Part shown: piece after piece, positions 25,801 through 36,999 of the stretch
Layout of the letters: every line of letters starts with the position of its first letter
How positions within the stretch are numbered: position 1 is the first letter of the stretch
NCBI GenBank assembly: GCA_051453625.1
Contig: JBOZIK010000001.1
Coordinates: forward strand, 32,822,226-32,886,225
DNA from: Welwitschia mirabilis
Lineage: Eukaryota
DNA: 64,000 nucleotides
Direction: 5' to 3'
Program-made: the position numbers and the translations under genes
Notes under the pieces: generated by a model
Databases searched by the model: none
The model's input: the letters and a program-made list of their open reading frames with translations, nothing else
What the model was told of the DNA's origin: nothing

Positions 25801-28800
25801 AGCCGCTTTCTAAAGAAAGATCCTCTCCTAACTACTACACCCGCTCTAGGTCTCGACTACCCCTACAGTTGCTCTACAACAAAGCTGGCAACAACAAGAA
25901 AAAGACACATCAAGTCGATTTAGAGTAGAAAGGCATGTTATGGATATGCTTCCATTATGGAACCCACCTCTCCTAGTCATTACACTATTTACTTAGTGCA
26001 ACCTTTTTTGGTGTTCTTTTAGAATTTTGGTGTGGTTGGGATATGATAAACATAAGGGCCTATGAATTAACATTAAATGCTTACATAACGGAAAACTAAA
26101 GGCTCCATGATAGTTTGAAGTAGAAGATAAAAAGAAAACTTATTACATTTTTCTCACGCAAATGGTCTAAACTAAATTCAAGGTTCATTATTGCTTGCCA
26201 AAGTGGGCCTTGGTTGCTCTCTATTACATCTCTTTGTTCGTTGTCCATTCCTCGGAGACTTCTCTTGTGCTCCTTTTGGAGTATTTTTCCTCCGGTTTTT
26301 GCAATTTTCTTTGTTTATTCTCACTTGTGGTCTAATGCTAACATCTTGCTAGCATTGCTGGGATCTTTTCTTTTCTCCACATTGAGACCTTTCCCTTGCA
26401 AAGGATCCTTTCTTTTAGCATCGTATTTGTCCTATTTGTGTCATTTGCTTTCCTTCGGCTAGGAAATTAACTAAGAGGGGAACAAGGGTTTTAAGCATGG
26501 AGCTCATGATGCCAATATCCATTTGGTTGGGTATGCGCTCCACATGCCTAGCCCGACAAGTGGGTAAATTTGAAGGGTTCCAATTTCCCCCTAAGTCATG
26601 GCTTTTGGTGTGATAGTATTAGGCCCAACAATGGGTATAAGAACCATAGTTTTTGGCTAGTCTCAGGTTCAAGTCTCCCTGGTGGCTTCTCGGTTCATGT
26701 GAACACTTGACATGTGGATTGAGAGGGAGATTGTTGGGAGATTGTTGGGTATGCGCTTCACATGCCCCGCCTGACAAGTAGATAAATATAAAGGGTTCCA
26801 ATTTCCCCCTAAGTCATGGCTTTTGGTGTTATGGTAAAGGGCCCAACACATTTCGCTAGAAGAAATACTAAAACTAAGAAGAATGCTTTCCTCATACCAT
26901 AGATTAGTATCAATTGCTTTTATCACAGATTCCAAAGGTTTCTTCCAAAGAAGATTAGAATACATGTCAGATGGTGACCTTGCCTCACCACATTCCACTA
27001 AAGTCAGTGACCATAGCTATTGCCATTGTTGCAAGACTCGGACTCGCCATCTGATTCGGCTAGGGGAAAAAGCTCGTGACTCGGCTCAACTCGGGAGCTG
27101 ACTCAGCACAGACTCGAAAGTCAAAAAGAGTCACTAGAGAGTTTCATGTACAAATGTGCCAGGACTCACGAAATCTCGCCACAACTTGCCAAATCTTGCA
27201 AAGAGTCGTTGAGCTTTGCAACTTTTGGGAGTTGACTCGAACTCGACGAGTTTCTACCCACCCGACTCGCAAGTTCAAAAAAACTCGGGACTTGGAGAGT
27301 ACTCCTCGAGACTTGGAGGGTCTTGCAACAATGGCTACGGCAATGAAGATGTCCTTCCATTATTGGACCATCTATAAGTTGCCATGTTCTTGATAGCATG
27401 TTCCTAAAGGTCAAGCTCCTGACTCTAATTTGCATGCCTTCACTGATTATCACTCTTGAAGAAGCCAAAGGAGCCATGGCACACTAAAGCCTTGACAATA
27501 ACAATCATGATTCTATGTGGTAATGGACACACATATAAAAGAGTCATTTGTTCATCTTCTTGAAGTGTGATAAGCTAGGCATGTGATGCAGTCTTCCTTT
27601 AGTTAGCATGTGAATATCAAGTCATAGATTTACTAGATATCAACATAAAAATATAAGGCTAAAGGATGGACTTTGGCTCTGAAAGATCTATATAAGGCTA
27701 GAGGATGTACTTTGGCTCTGAAAGATCAACCAGCATAGTTTATCATATGCACGTTCAGTTCATGTGGTGGTATGAGACTCATTCCATTCAGATTAAGTTA
27801 ATTGGAAAACTATGGTTAAGAAAATAGCAGGAAAAACAGTAAAACAGCAAGCAGAAGAGAAAAACACAAAAGGAAGATACAGAGTATTTTTTGAAGTTCA
27901 TAGACCTACCATAATATTTTTCACTTAGTTAATAACGTTTTCACTTTTGTCTAAATGAGATATCCTTCTTCATGTCCCCAGTATGTTTTGGGAGTGTGTC
28001 CAGGACAGGGAGAGGGCGATGATGCAAACTTTTAACAGGGAGTTTCTTTCAAACAAGTTCACCATTATCCAGGGGAGTATCTATTAGTTATTCCCTTGTG
28101 TTGTTGTGTCGCAATATATGGCCATGCATGAGCTCGATGAGGTTCTGTCTTCGGCCAATAAGGCGCGTGTTGTTGGAGGTTTACACATGCCTTAATGAAA
28201 TGTCAACATAAAGTTTATGCATTGCTTGTGCTTTAATAATCTTCCTTTTGACGCCTTGTGATATGATGGTGCCAAGGTGGAATTATGGTTTGTGGACATA
28301 TTCTAACATTAGTGCAAGGGTTTTCAGCTAGAATGTTAAACCCTCTAGAGAATTTTGCTAATGCTATGATAATGATAAGAATTGCATCTGAATCCATACC
28401 TTTATTAAGATTTTAGTCTATGTAATAACTTTATCTGCTTTGAAGTAACAAAAAGCCAAAAGAATGCAGAATAGAAGTCAGAAGGCTAATACTATGAAAC
28501 AGTAAAATGTACTTTGATCTGAGAAACAGAAGTATGCAAACCAAGGCACAGAGAGAAAATTTGGTTTCAAAACAATCATAATCATGGCTTTTAGAAGTTG
28601 TTCGTGTCATGTAGATGAATTAAGTAGTCCAAATAAAGTCTCTGCAAATTACGATAAACATATAAATGAATCTTTGAAACAATTCAGTGCCCTACATGTC
28701 ACATGATGAAGCCTTAAAATTTTTATGTCTAGCCTCCAAATGAGCTTAATTTCTTAAAAATTCATTGACATCATGTGAGATAAAGGATACTGACTAAAAT

Positions 28801-30897
28801 ATACAACTAGCAGCATGCAAAGTCTTACTCATTAACCAACAGTATTAGGCATCTGAATCCATACTTTTATTAAGATTTTAGTCTATGTAATAACTTTATC
28901 TGCTTTGAAGTAACAAAAAGCCAAAAGAACGCAGAATAGAAGTCAAAAGGCAAGTACTATAAAACCGCAAAATGTACTTTGATCTGAGAAACATAAGTAT
29001 GCAAACGAAGGCACAGAGAGAAAATTTGGTTTCAAACAATCATAATCATGGCTTTAGAAGTTGTTCGTGTCACGGAGATGAATTAAGTAGTCCAAATAAA
29101 GTCTCTGCAAATTACGATAAACATATAAAATTATACATGAATCTTTAAATCAATTCAGTGCCCTACATGTCACATGATGAAGCCTTGAAATTTTTATGTC
29201 TAGCCTCCAAATGAGCTTAATTTCTTAAAAATTCATTTACATCATGTGAGATAAAGAATACTGACTAAGATATACAATAGCAGTATGCAAAGTCATACTC
29301 ATTAACCAACAGTACTAGGCTATTGGCCAAGAAGATGAAAAGTTCAATAGAAAAAAAATTTCCTGCACAGTTAAAACTGAAATGGAATTCTCTAAAAGCA
29401 AGAAAACGTTGCCTCATGCACAACTTGGCATTCACCAATGTGCAAACCACCATTCCTAACTAGAGTTAACATCCTACCAACATAATCGCGGCGTGAAGTC
29501 AGTAAAGTTACACACAGAAAGTTATGACTTAAAAAGCACTCCTCTTTAAGTTGCACTCAGAAGATTACAACATCTAACAAGAAACTGAAACTGAAACTAT
29601 TTCCTAATCTATAAAGCCATCAGTGCCCTACAAAATCCTTTGAAAGGGATAAAATATTATCTTTTGGGATATGTTGATAATCTTACTTGAAAGCTGGTTT
29701 AAAAAAACTCGAAATTCTAATTTATTAATTCAGAAGAGCATTCTTTTCAGTTGCATAAGCAATCATAACGTCAGCTTCATTCAAGCAAGCACACCACTGA
29801 CGCTGTCTGCTAGTATAGTTTCCTCTTAATTAATTTGCAACTCTTAGATGTCGGTTTTAGAACAGACAGGGAGCTATAGGCCTTTAAAATCTTTTGTGCG
29901 GGTGCCAGAGTGGATGAGAACTTGAAAGACTCATCGGAGCAGGAAATAACTTGGGAGAATTGCATTTTCTTTATAGCCAATAATTTTGGAATGCATTGAA
30001 AATTATAGAAGAATTTGAAAAACGTAAAACAAGCATCCCAAAGCAAGTATTTAAAAACAAGTACTCTGCTTTTCACGGGGTAGAAGCCAAAAATTAAAAA
30101 ACAAACGATATAATCCACTAATATCCACAAGGGAAGGAAGATCCGGCAAAATTTCAAACCTTAAGCTTCAGTAGTAACTCTAGATCCGTCATTCTTCCTG
30201 GTTTATCAGCTTCTGTTTCATTTCAAACTAACTGAAATGTTACTAGGATGATTGCTGCGAAGAGGATGCATTATACTAAGGTAAATAAAGAAATGGAAGT
30301 TTTTAAGATGACTGCTGATAACAGAACCTTTAGTGGTAACGTAAAGAGATAGTTTCAATTTAAAGTTAGCACACTTCAAGATTCTCCTTAGCTTCATGTG
30401 GAAAATGATAATCCACAAAGTTGCAGGAAGGCCGTAATTACAGGTAAGAACAAACATGCAAACGTAACGCAGAACGAAGATGAAGACATCAGATCTAACT
30501 GATCGTAGTACTAAAACGTCAACACTTCTCTAAAGAGTCCCGAAAAGAAAAACATTTTCCGAAATAAAGATACATCCAACGTCTCCAAATGTCGCCCCGA
30601 ACCCGCCGATCCCTAAATTAGAAGTGCTAAATCCACAATTCCAAGCAACTGAAGCTCTTCCTCTAAACGAAAGATATTACAACTCTGAGAGGAGAAGAAA
30701 CCCTTACCGAAACCATCTTCAACAAGGTAGTTGAAAGTATGGCTGTCACAGTTGTACGTGAACTTGTTGTTGGAAGCAGGAAGCTTTTGCAGACACTGAG
30801 CAGCTATCGATGTGAAATTGCCAGTGAACTCTGTATATTCTGCAAGAACAACGGTACCTCGAGCAACAAAGCTGTATATCAAGCCATGCTGGCCCAT
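22651..30897 (-). CDS. VAMP721: Vesicle-associated membrane protein, VAMP72 clade (VAMP721/722-like longin R-SNARE), complement(join(22651..22800,22939..23001,23310..23430,23516..23657,30708..30897)), 221 aa
   Basis: All four introns are GT-AG and phase-compatible (666 nt total). Longin domain [28 protein letters not shown]..., SNARE motif [34 protein letters not shown]-terminal [30 protein letters not shown]. No VAMP727-type acidic insertion. Exact paralog cannot be resolved. Confidence 0.95.
22939..23001 (-). CDS. VAMP721: VAMP72 exon 4
   Basis: [32 protein letters not shown]. Confidence 0.95.
23310..23430 (-). CDS. VAMP721: VAMP72 exon 3
   Basis: [52 protein letters not shown]. Confidence 0.95.
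23516..23657 (-). CDS. VAMP721: VAMP72 exon 2
   Basis: TTTTAG|TG; (V)[53 protein letters not shown]. Confidence 0.95.
26525..26848 (+). mobile_element. TRIM (terminal-repeat retrotransposon in miniature), 324 bp, in VAMP intron 1
   Basis: Two 106-bp LTRs (26525-26630 and 26743-26848; [T]GTTGGG...CCCAACA), PBS-like ATGGGTATAAGAACC, PPT GAGAGGGAGA, and a perfect 5-bp TSD CATTT. Confidence 0.9.
26850..27520 (-). mobile_element. Possible degenerate L1 RT fragments hosting the MITE and flanking the TRIM
   Basis: Weak motifs: [10 protein letters not shown] (27350-27420) and [18 protein letters not shown] (26880-26970). Confidence 0.3.
27024..27333. mobile_element. Non-autonomous hAT-type MITE, 310 bp
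   Basis: 14-bp perfect TIR CATTGTTGCAAGAC/GTCTTGCAACAATG; 8-bp flanks GCTATTGC/GCTACGGC (6/8 match); many GACTC/GAGTC subterminal motifs. Confidence 0.85.
28384..29320. repeat. ~465-bp head-to-tail tandem duplication in VAMP intron 1
   Basis: 28384-28848 and 28849-29320 both start GCATCTGAATCCATAC and end CAACAGTA[T/C]TAGGC; high identity, no N gap between them. Confidence 0.95.
30708..30897 (-). CDS. VAMP721: VAMP72 exon 1
   Basis: ATG at 30897 through ...[14 protein letters not shown]. Confidence 0.95.
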
Positions 30898-31015
30898 GAT
30901 CGTCTCCAAATCCCTCTCGCCTTCACGAATTGGACCCAGAAGGGAGGGTTTCGCGCTCTACAAGAGTAAACCCGCGTGGCAAAAATGAATGGGGGCACCT
31001 GGATCCTGTAAGCCC

Positions 31016-31023
31016 TATTTATA
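31016..31023 (-). promoter_or_regulatory. Probable TATA box of VAMP72
   Basis: TATAAATA on the minus strand, about 120 nt upstream of the ATG, in a CpG-rich stretch. Confidence 0.55.
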
Positions 31024-31743
31024 ATTCAAACCGAGTTCCAAAGAACTTCACCGGAAAGGAAAGAAAGCACAGAGCTTGAGAAAATATTCCGTAAAAATGG
31101 GTTGCAGGTTTTTACCTTTTTGGAAAATGCTGTGGTAATTCAAATGGACGACTCTCCCTTTTACCACAAATGAAAAATGAAATTAAGGGGGTGGGAAACT
31201 TATTTGGATTATAATAAAGTAAAATATTACGTATTTTATTTGAAATGCTAAGTTCACAAATTACAGGGATTAAAAGGATAAAGAATTCAAAAGGAGGTGA
31301 AGGAGGTGAGCTATTAAGTGGGAGGGAATGTTTAAACTTTTAGTGGTTGTACTTTCTTTGAAAGTATAGTTCCCAATTTAAACTTTTAGTGATTGTACTT
31401 TTCTTAGTCTCCATCATTGCTGAGATGAATGATTTATATGTGATATTTATTAGTTTATTATTGTTGAAAGACTTTCCTGAAAATCAAACTCACAATCACA
31501 AAGTCACAAGAGCATCACTATATCAAGATGTCTCTAAGGAGACTATTATAAATAGCTAAAAATTAAATAGGTTTATTGTCTCTATAAAAATTTTCTTAGC
31601 CATTTATAATAGTATTTTGTGCATAATCATATACCAATATATATCATATACTACTTCATGTCTCTTACCTCTTTTTGAATTGTTCATTATTTTAATCCCC
31701 ATGATTTTTTATATTTATGAAGTAACCATTTCAAAAAAAAATT

Positions 31744-31897
31744 GCCACAAAAGTGGTAGTCTAACTAGTGGATACTTGTCCTCCATTCAAAAGGTTATGA
31801 GTGTGAACTTTTAAGTGTGCTTCTTGGCACACTTAAGGCCATAGCAACATTAAATCATCCATTGAGGCAATTACAAGGGCTATACTTCTAAGAAGAG
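31744..31897 (+). mobile_element. tRNA-derived SINE copy E (3' part lost)
   Basis: GTGGTAGTCTAACTAGTGGATACTTGTCCTCCATTCAAAAGGTTATGAGTGTGAAC...CTTGGCACACTTAAGGCC...TAAATCATCCATT. Confidence 0.65.
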
Positions 31898-32483
31898 ATC
31901 CAATCACTAAAAGTACTAAATTCGAAATTCCTCAAATTAAAATTTAGTAGAACACAANNNNNNNNNNNNNNNNNNNNNNNNNNNNNNNNNNNNNNNNNNN
32001 NNNNNNNNNNNNNNNNNNNNNNNNNNNNNNNNNNNNNNNNNNNNNNNNNNNNNNNNNAATAGATACAATCACTAAAAGTACTAAATTCGACATTCCTCAA
32101 ATTAAAATTTAGTAGTACACAATTCTTATAATTTATAAGGATTTTATGCTTTACATTTAAAAAAAAAAAAAAAGGAATCCTAGAAACATTGATACTTTTA
32201 ACTAATTAAGAAATATACTAGAGAAAATGTTACTATCATAAATAAATACATTAAAAAAACCTCACATAACTTTTTGAATGGTAATAAGAAGCCCTAAAAG
32301 AACCTATTCTAGTAGTTTAGAACCATCTAAAAATTAAGAAATATAGAATTTAAGGGAAATAAAGACTTGAAATAGGTTATTCTATTAGTGAAAAAAATTA
32401 TTAAATTTCTTATAAGTTCATTAGGTTCTAAATGGTGTAGTGTTATTATACTTGTATTACATTCATAAAGATAGGACTCAAAA

Positions 32484-32700
32484 GCTAATGTAGCGGTAAT
32501 GTAACTATTACGATACTTATCCTCCACACAAGAAATTGTGGGTTCAAACCTTTCAATGCTCTACTTGGCAACAAAACTTCTATGAGTCAAGAAGTGTAAT
32601 CACTTAATTTGATTGGAAAATCATGGTGGTTGTACACCTCGGAAGAGGTACATGTATTAAAAGTTTGAAATTTAACATCCTTTCCCTAACAAAGTTAAAA
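32484..32700 (+). mobile_element. tRNA-derived SINE copy F
   Basis: B-box GGTTCAAACC; shared ATCATGGTGGTTGTAC and tail AACATCCTTTCCCTAAC. Confidence 0.7.
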
Positions 32701-32927
32701 CCTAAGAGTTTCCAAACACTCATTTTAATTATTGATCTAAATTCTAAGATATGAAATAAAGTTATCGTAATAAAAATGTTCATCATCTCACTAGGAATAG
32801 AAGCATATGAAAAATATGTAGGGTTCACAATAAAGCTAAAAATAGATTTCTTTATCATAATCTAGATATAACACCACATGAAAATATTTCTAATATGATT
32901 TAATTAAGAGTGAGAATGAGCTAATTT

Positions 32928-33125
32928 ACCAATGAGATGGTAGCCTAACTAGTGGGACACTCATCTCCTATTAGAGATGTCATGGATTCGAATGTTTAGG
33001 TGCACTTCTTATTACACTCTAAGGCCCTATGCATAATTAGATCATTCATTTGTGTGATCATTATGGCTATACTTCAAGGGGAAGGTATGATCACAAAAAG
33101 ATTTAAGTTCAACATCCCTCCCTAG
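32928..33125 (+). mobile_element. tRNA-derived SINE copy G
   Basis: ACCAATGAGATGGTAGCCTAACTAGTGGGACACTCATCTCC...GTCATGGATTCGAAT...AAGTTCAACATCCCTCCCTA. Confidence 0.75.
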
Positions 33126-35084
33126 AATGTAATAATTTTATTTATATTTTAATATCTGAGTATATGAATGATGTAAAGTATTAAACGTAGTTAGTAGATT
33201 CATAATAAACTACATCCAATGTAATCATCTAAAATAACTACATATGTAATTATATCTAGAATTGAGTCGTAGTCAGTTTGATGTATGGTTATAATTGGTA
33301 AGCTTTAATGTCTTACATCTAAGTCTGATAATATGTGGTTGGATTATGATTCTATTCATTTATTTAAAGAACAAATGAAAAGAGCATAGCACATTAGATA
33401 CATATCACAAGCCAGACCTATTATCATGTTCAGAGATTTAGTCCAAATAGTTAAATAAAAACTAAATAAAAATAAAAATAGTTAAATAAAAACTAAATAA
33501 AAATAATTTTTATCTAGTGGGATCTATTAAGCTAATTTAATTGTCAAATTCTTCATTTATTTATTAGCATATTATTATTTGAAATGTAATTCATTACTTT
33601 ATTAGTTGAGACTTATTATGCTACAATTATTATTTTAAATGCTTTATTTTCTTGTAACAACTACAATTAATAATATTATTTTTATAGCCTTTTCTCATTC
33701 ATTTAATGATATTCTTTATTGTCTGAATTAATAGTTGTATAAATATTATTTTATTTTCTTTTGTAACTGTTGCATTTAATGTATCATGATTAGTATATTT
33801 CATATCAAATATTCTTGTAACTCTATAATTAATAAGATGCATTATATTAGCTTATTTAAATATGTTATCTTAGTTGTGCATGCTATTATCATGTTGCATT
33901 TTCTTTTATTAGAAATTAGCATTTATTCATTATGACAAATATTTATATGTGGCAAAATCTTATCTTGATCTTTTTGTTGAAATTAATTACTAAATGTCTC
34001 ATCTTGATTCTTTTTCTTAATAAATGCAAGTTGTGGTATGTTTTCAGAATTTTGGCATTTTCTTTGGAGGGCTTATTGGAGTAAATACCAGTCATTCCTT
34101 ATTTTTTCTAAAAAGAGTGAATGCTATGTAAATAGGTTTTATCTTTTTTATATTTATCTTACAAAATAACAAGAATTTTTGGATGATGTAATGTATGTAT
34201 TGATGATGAAGACATCTTTTTCATACCTATTATTTACTTATTATTGGCAAAATATTTTTGGCATGTTGAGCATTCTCTGTTATTATAATGAAATATTAAA
34301 TGTGCTCAATGGCCAATCAAAGTAGTGATTAGGGGTTAGAGACTCATAACTATTTTCCAAGAATAATACTAACTTGTATGTATCCCTTGGAATTCCTCAT
34401 ATCTTTTGAATTCCTTTATCTCATTATAAACAGGATCCTTTTTCTTCTTAGTCTTATGTTTTTTAAAGATCTATTAGTCTTAAAACATTAGAGAACTTCT
34501 ACCTTGAAGCTTTGAAAACTTTGGAGTGTTTAGAATCTTGGAATCTTTAAAGCATGGGCATAGCAATCTTAAAACTTGAAAAACTTCATGTTGAATTATG
34601 GATATGATGTTAGTCTGATTTGTATCTCTTATATGGTCCTATGTAATTCTTGAATTTTGTATGATCTATATTTCTTATATATCCAATGTAATTTTTATGG
34701 TTTTCTTGTATCTTTTATATGATTCTACTATTACTTTTATTTCAAGCATGATTCCATTGCATTCTTACAGATTGTGTACAATCCTAAGTTCTTTCATCCT
34801 TTTGTGGTCTAAATGAATTCTTATTTTCTTATGAAATTTTATGTTTCTTGGAATTTTTGTAAATTCTTAAATTTCTTTTTTTTATTTCCATCTATTTTAA
34901 TCTTTGAGTATTAGTTGTATAATCAAAAATTATTCGTGTATGATCTTAACTCTTGTGAAGTAAAATATTGCATCTTTAGATTATTTTGTGGAGTATCTTG
35001 ATATTTGAAAAGATAATCTATGGAATTAAATCATATTCTTATGACATAGTTAAAACTTCAAATCTTCTTATGAAAAATAGAGTT

Positions 35085-35290
35085 CCACAGATCACCAAAT
35101 GAGGTAGTGGAATATGGAAATCCACTGATCGCTGAATGAGAAAGTGGGAATGATGATCAATAAATCATTGAATGAGGCAGTGGATGACAAAGATAAAATA
35201 TAACTAGTTTATGAAATAAAATTATAGATTGTTGGATGAGGTAGTGGGCATGATAATCCACAGATAGCTAAATAAGGCAATGAAATGATG
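35085..35290 (+). repeat. Degenerate ~36-bp tandem array (about 5 units), possibly the pre-PPT array of a Gypsy element
   Basis: Recurring TCCACAGATCGCTGAATGAGGYAGTGG-like unit. Confidence 0.6.
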
Positions 35291-35854
35291 AAAATAAAAT
35301 ATTATTGGTTTATCTCATTTCCATTTTCATGAAAATGAATTATAACTAGTTTATTCTTGTCTTATCTTAATCTATCTTATGCCTTAGGGTTCTTCCTATC
35401 TCTATTTTTGCCTTACGTAGGCCATACTACAAACTATAATGATTCACAATTCTCACTCCATACTATTTTGTATTAAATAGGTGATAAACTAAAGTACATT
35501 AAAGGGTGATGTATCTTGTTGAGAAGGGCATATGGAAATGAAATAATTATTATCCATTTTGTGCTTGAAAAAGATTAATTTGTATTTATCTATTCCCTAT
35601 TGTAACTTGTAATCTTTTCATGTCTTATGGTAACTTTTTATTTCTAAACAATTATAGTCATTTATCTGTAATTGACTTATAAACATTGTATCTTTAAGAT
35701 ATAAAATTGTTCTTAGACCTGCAATTTTGATTTTAATATAAAAAAGGTTCATAATTAAAGCTTTACTTGAGGCTTTAGTTTAATAAATTTGGCTAAGACT
35801 TTTCAATTATAAATATCCCTTTCTTATGGAGATTAACCTTATGGCGTTCATCAT

Positions 35855-36010
35855 TATATTTGAAGTTTTTAGGTAAAAAGCATGGACTTCACATTTTTAT
35901 CTTAAGAGCAACATTTCAAGTTTTGAGTTCTAAAAAGGTAGACTTCACATTTTGGTATTAGAGAAACACTTGAAGTTTTTGGAATTTAAAAACTTGAATT
36001 TTACACCTAT
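35855..36010 (+). repeat. Degenerate ~56-bp tandem repeat (about 3 units)
   Basis: TTGAAGTTTTT...AAAAAG..GACTTCACATTTT..AGAG.AACA recurs. Confidence 0.55.
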
Positions 36011-36999
36011 ACATTTGATAAGTAGCTCTAGATTAACGTAGTCTCCCCATAGGTTTTTATTTTGCTAAGAAATTAATGATCATGATGAGCGTGATATAGT
36101 TTTTCATGAAATATCTTCTTCTAGAAAATAATTAATACATTAATCCTATTAATCCAAAACTACAAGAGTCACTAGTAAAATGTGATACATTATTATAGAA
36201 GTTTCTCAAATGCTTTCAAGAAAGCTAAAATCATGTAGATAATAGTTAAAAAAAATTAAAGTTACATTTTAAACATCATTTGAATATGTAACATATAATA
36301 TGATATGTAAATATTGACACATGAATTATGTATATATCATAACTTAGTAATTGTTTACTGCATAGCATAGTTGGTTTAATCCATGTTTATAACTTCATAG
36401 CTTTAATGTCTTAGTTTGGATCCCATTGTGTATAGGTTAACTTGTAGTTTCTGCTCATGAATTTAAGATGCATTTGGGTGTACGATTTGACATTTTAGGT
36501 AAGAATCACAAGTACGACCCAAAATTTAGTTGCAAGCTTGTAGGCTAATAGGAGGCACTCTAGATTTTCATCCATCCAAGTAGACTAATGATCCTAATAA
36601 GTGTGGTATAGTTTATCATGAATTAACTTAAAAATAATAATAAATAAAATCATTCAAAATGGACTTTTACATAATCAGTAATCAAAATTGTATAGATAAT
36701 GAAGCAAAATCTTAAAATAATATCCATTCATCAATGATTCAAATACTATAGCAAATGTCATTTTGGTACAAAGTAAAACCTCTCAAGGTTTATACATCAT
36801 AATATAATCATTTCCTCATACCTAGGGAGGAAGAGAAAAAGCTTAGAACCTAAAGTTGAAATAAGACTTTATCATATTCCTATGAAATCTAGATCTAAAA
36901 CAATTGAATTTCAAATATAGAATGGAGTTCAACCATTAATCAGACCAAAGATGATTTTAAGATGATTAATTCTTGAAATAGGCTTTTCTTATATAGCCT

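Noticed and set aside
26669..27477. ORFs of 100-110 aa in the VAMP intron
   Set aside because: They run across TRIM and MITE boundaries and are by-products of GC-richer TE sequence.
28695..28795. C/D box snoRNA (ATGATGA...CTGA), present twice because of the duplication
   Set aside because: Antisense to the host gene, no terminal stem around the boxes, and no recognisable rRNA guide; likely chance.
30898..30909. ORF-track start upstream of the VAMP ATG (METI)
   Set aside because: Non-ATG (TTG) start; the conserved MGQ start is at 30897.
35085..35290. CRISPR-like array
   Set aside because: Units are adjacent degenerate tandem copies without unique spacers, there are no cas genes, and the context is eukaryotic.
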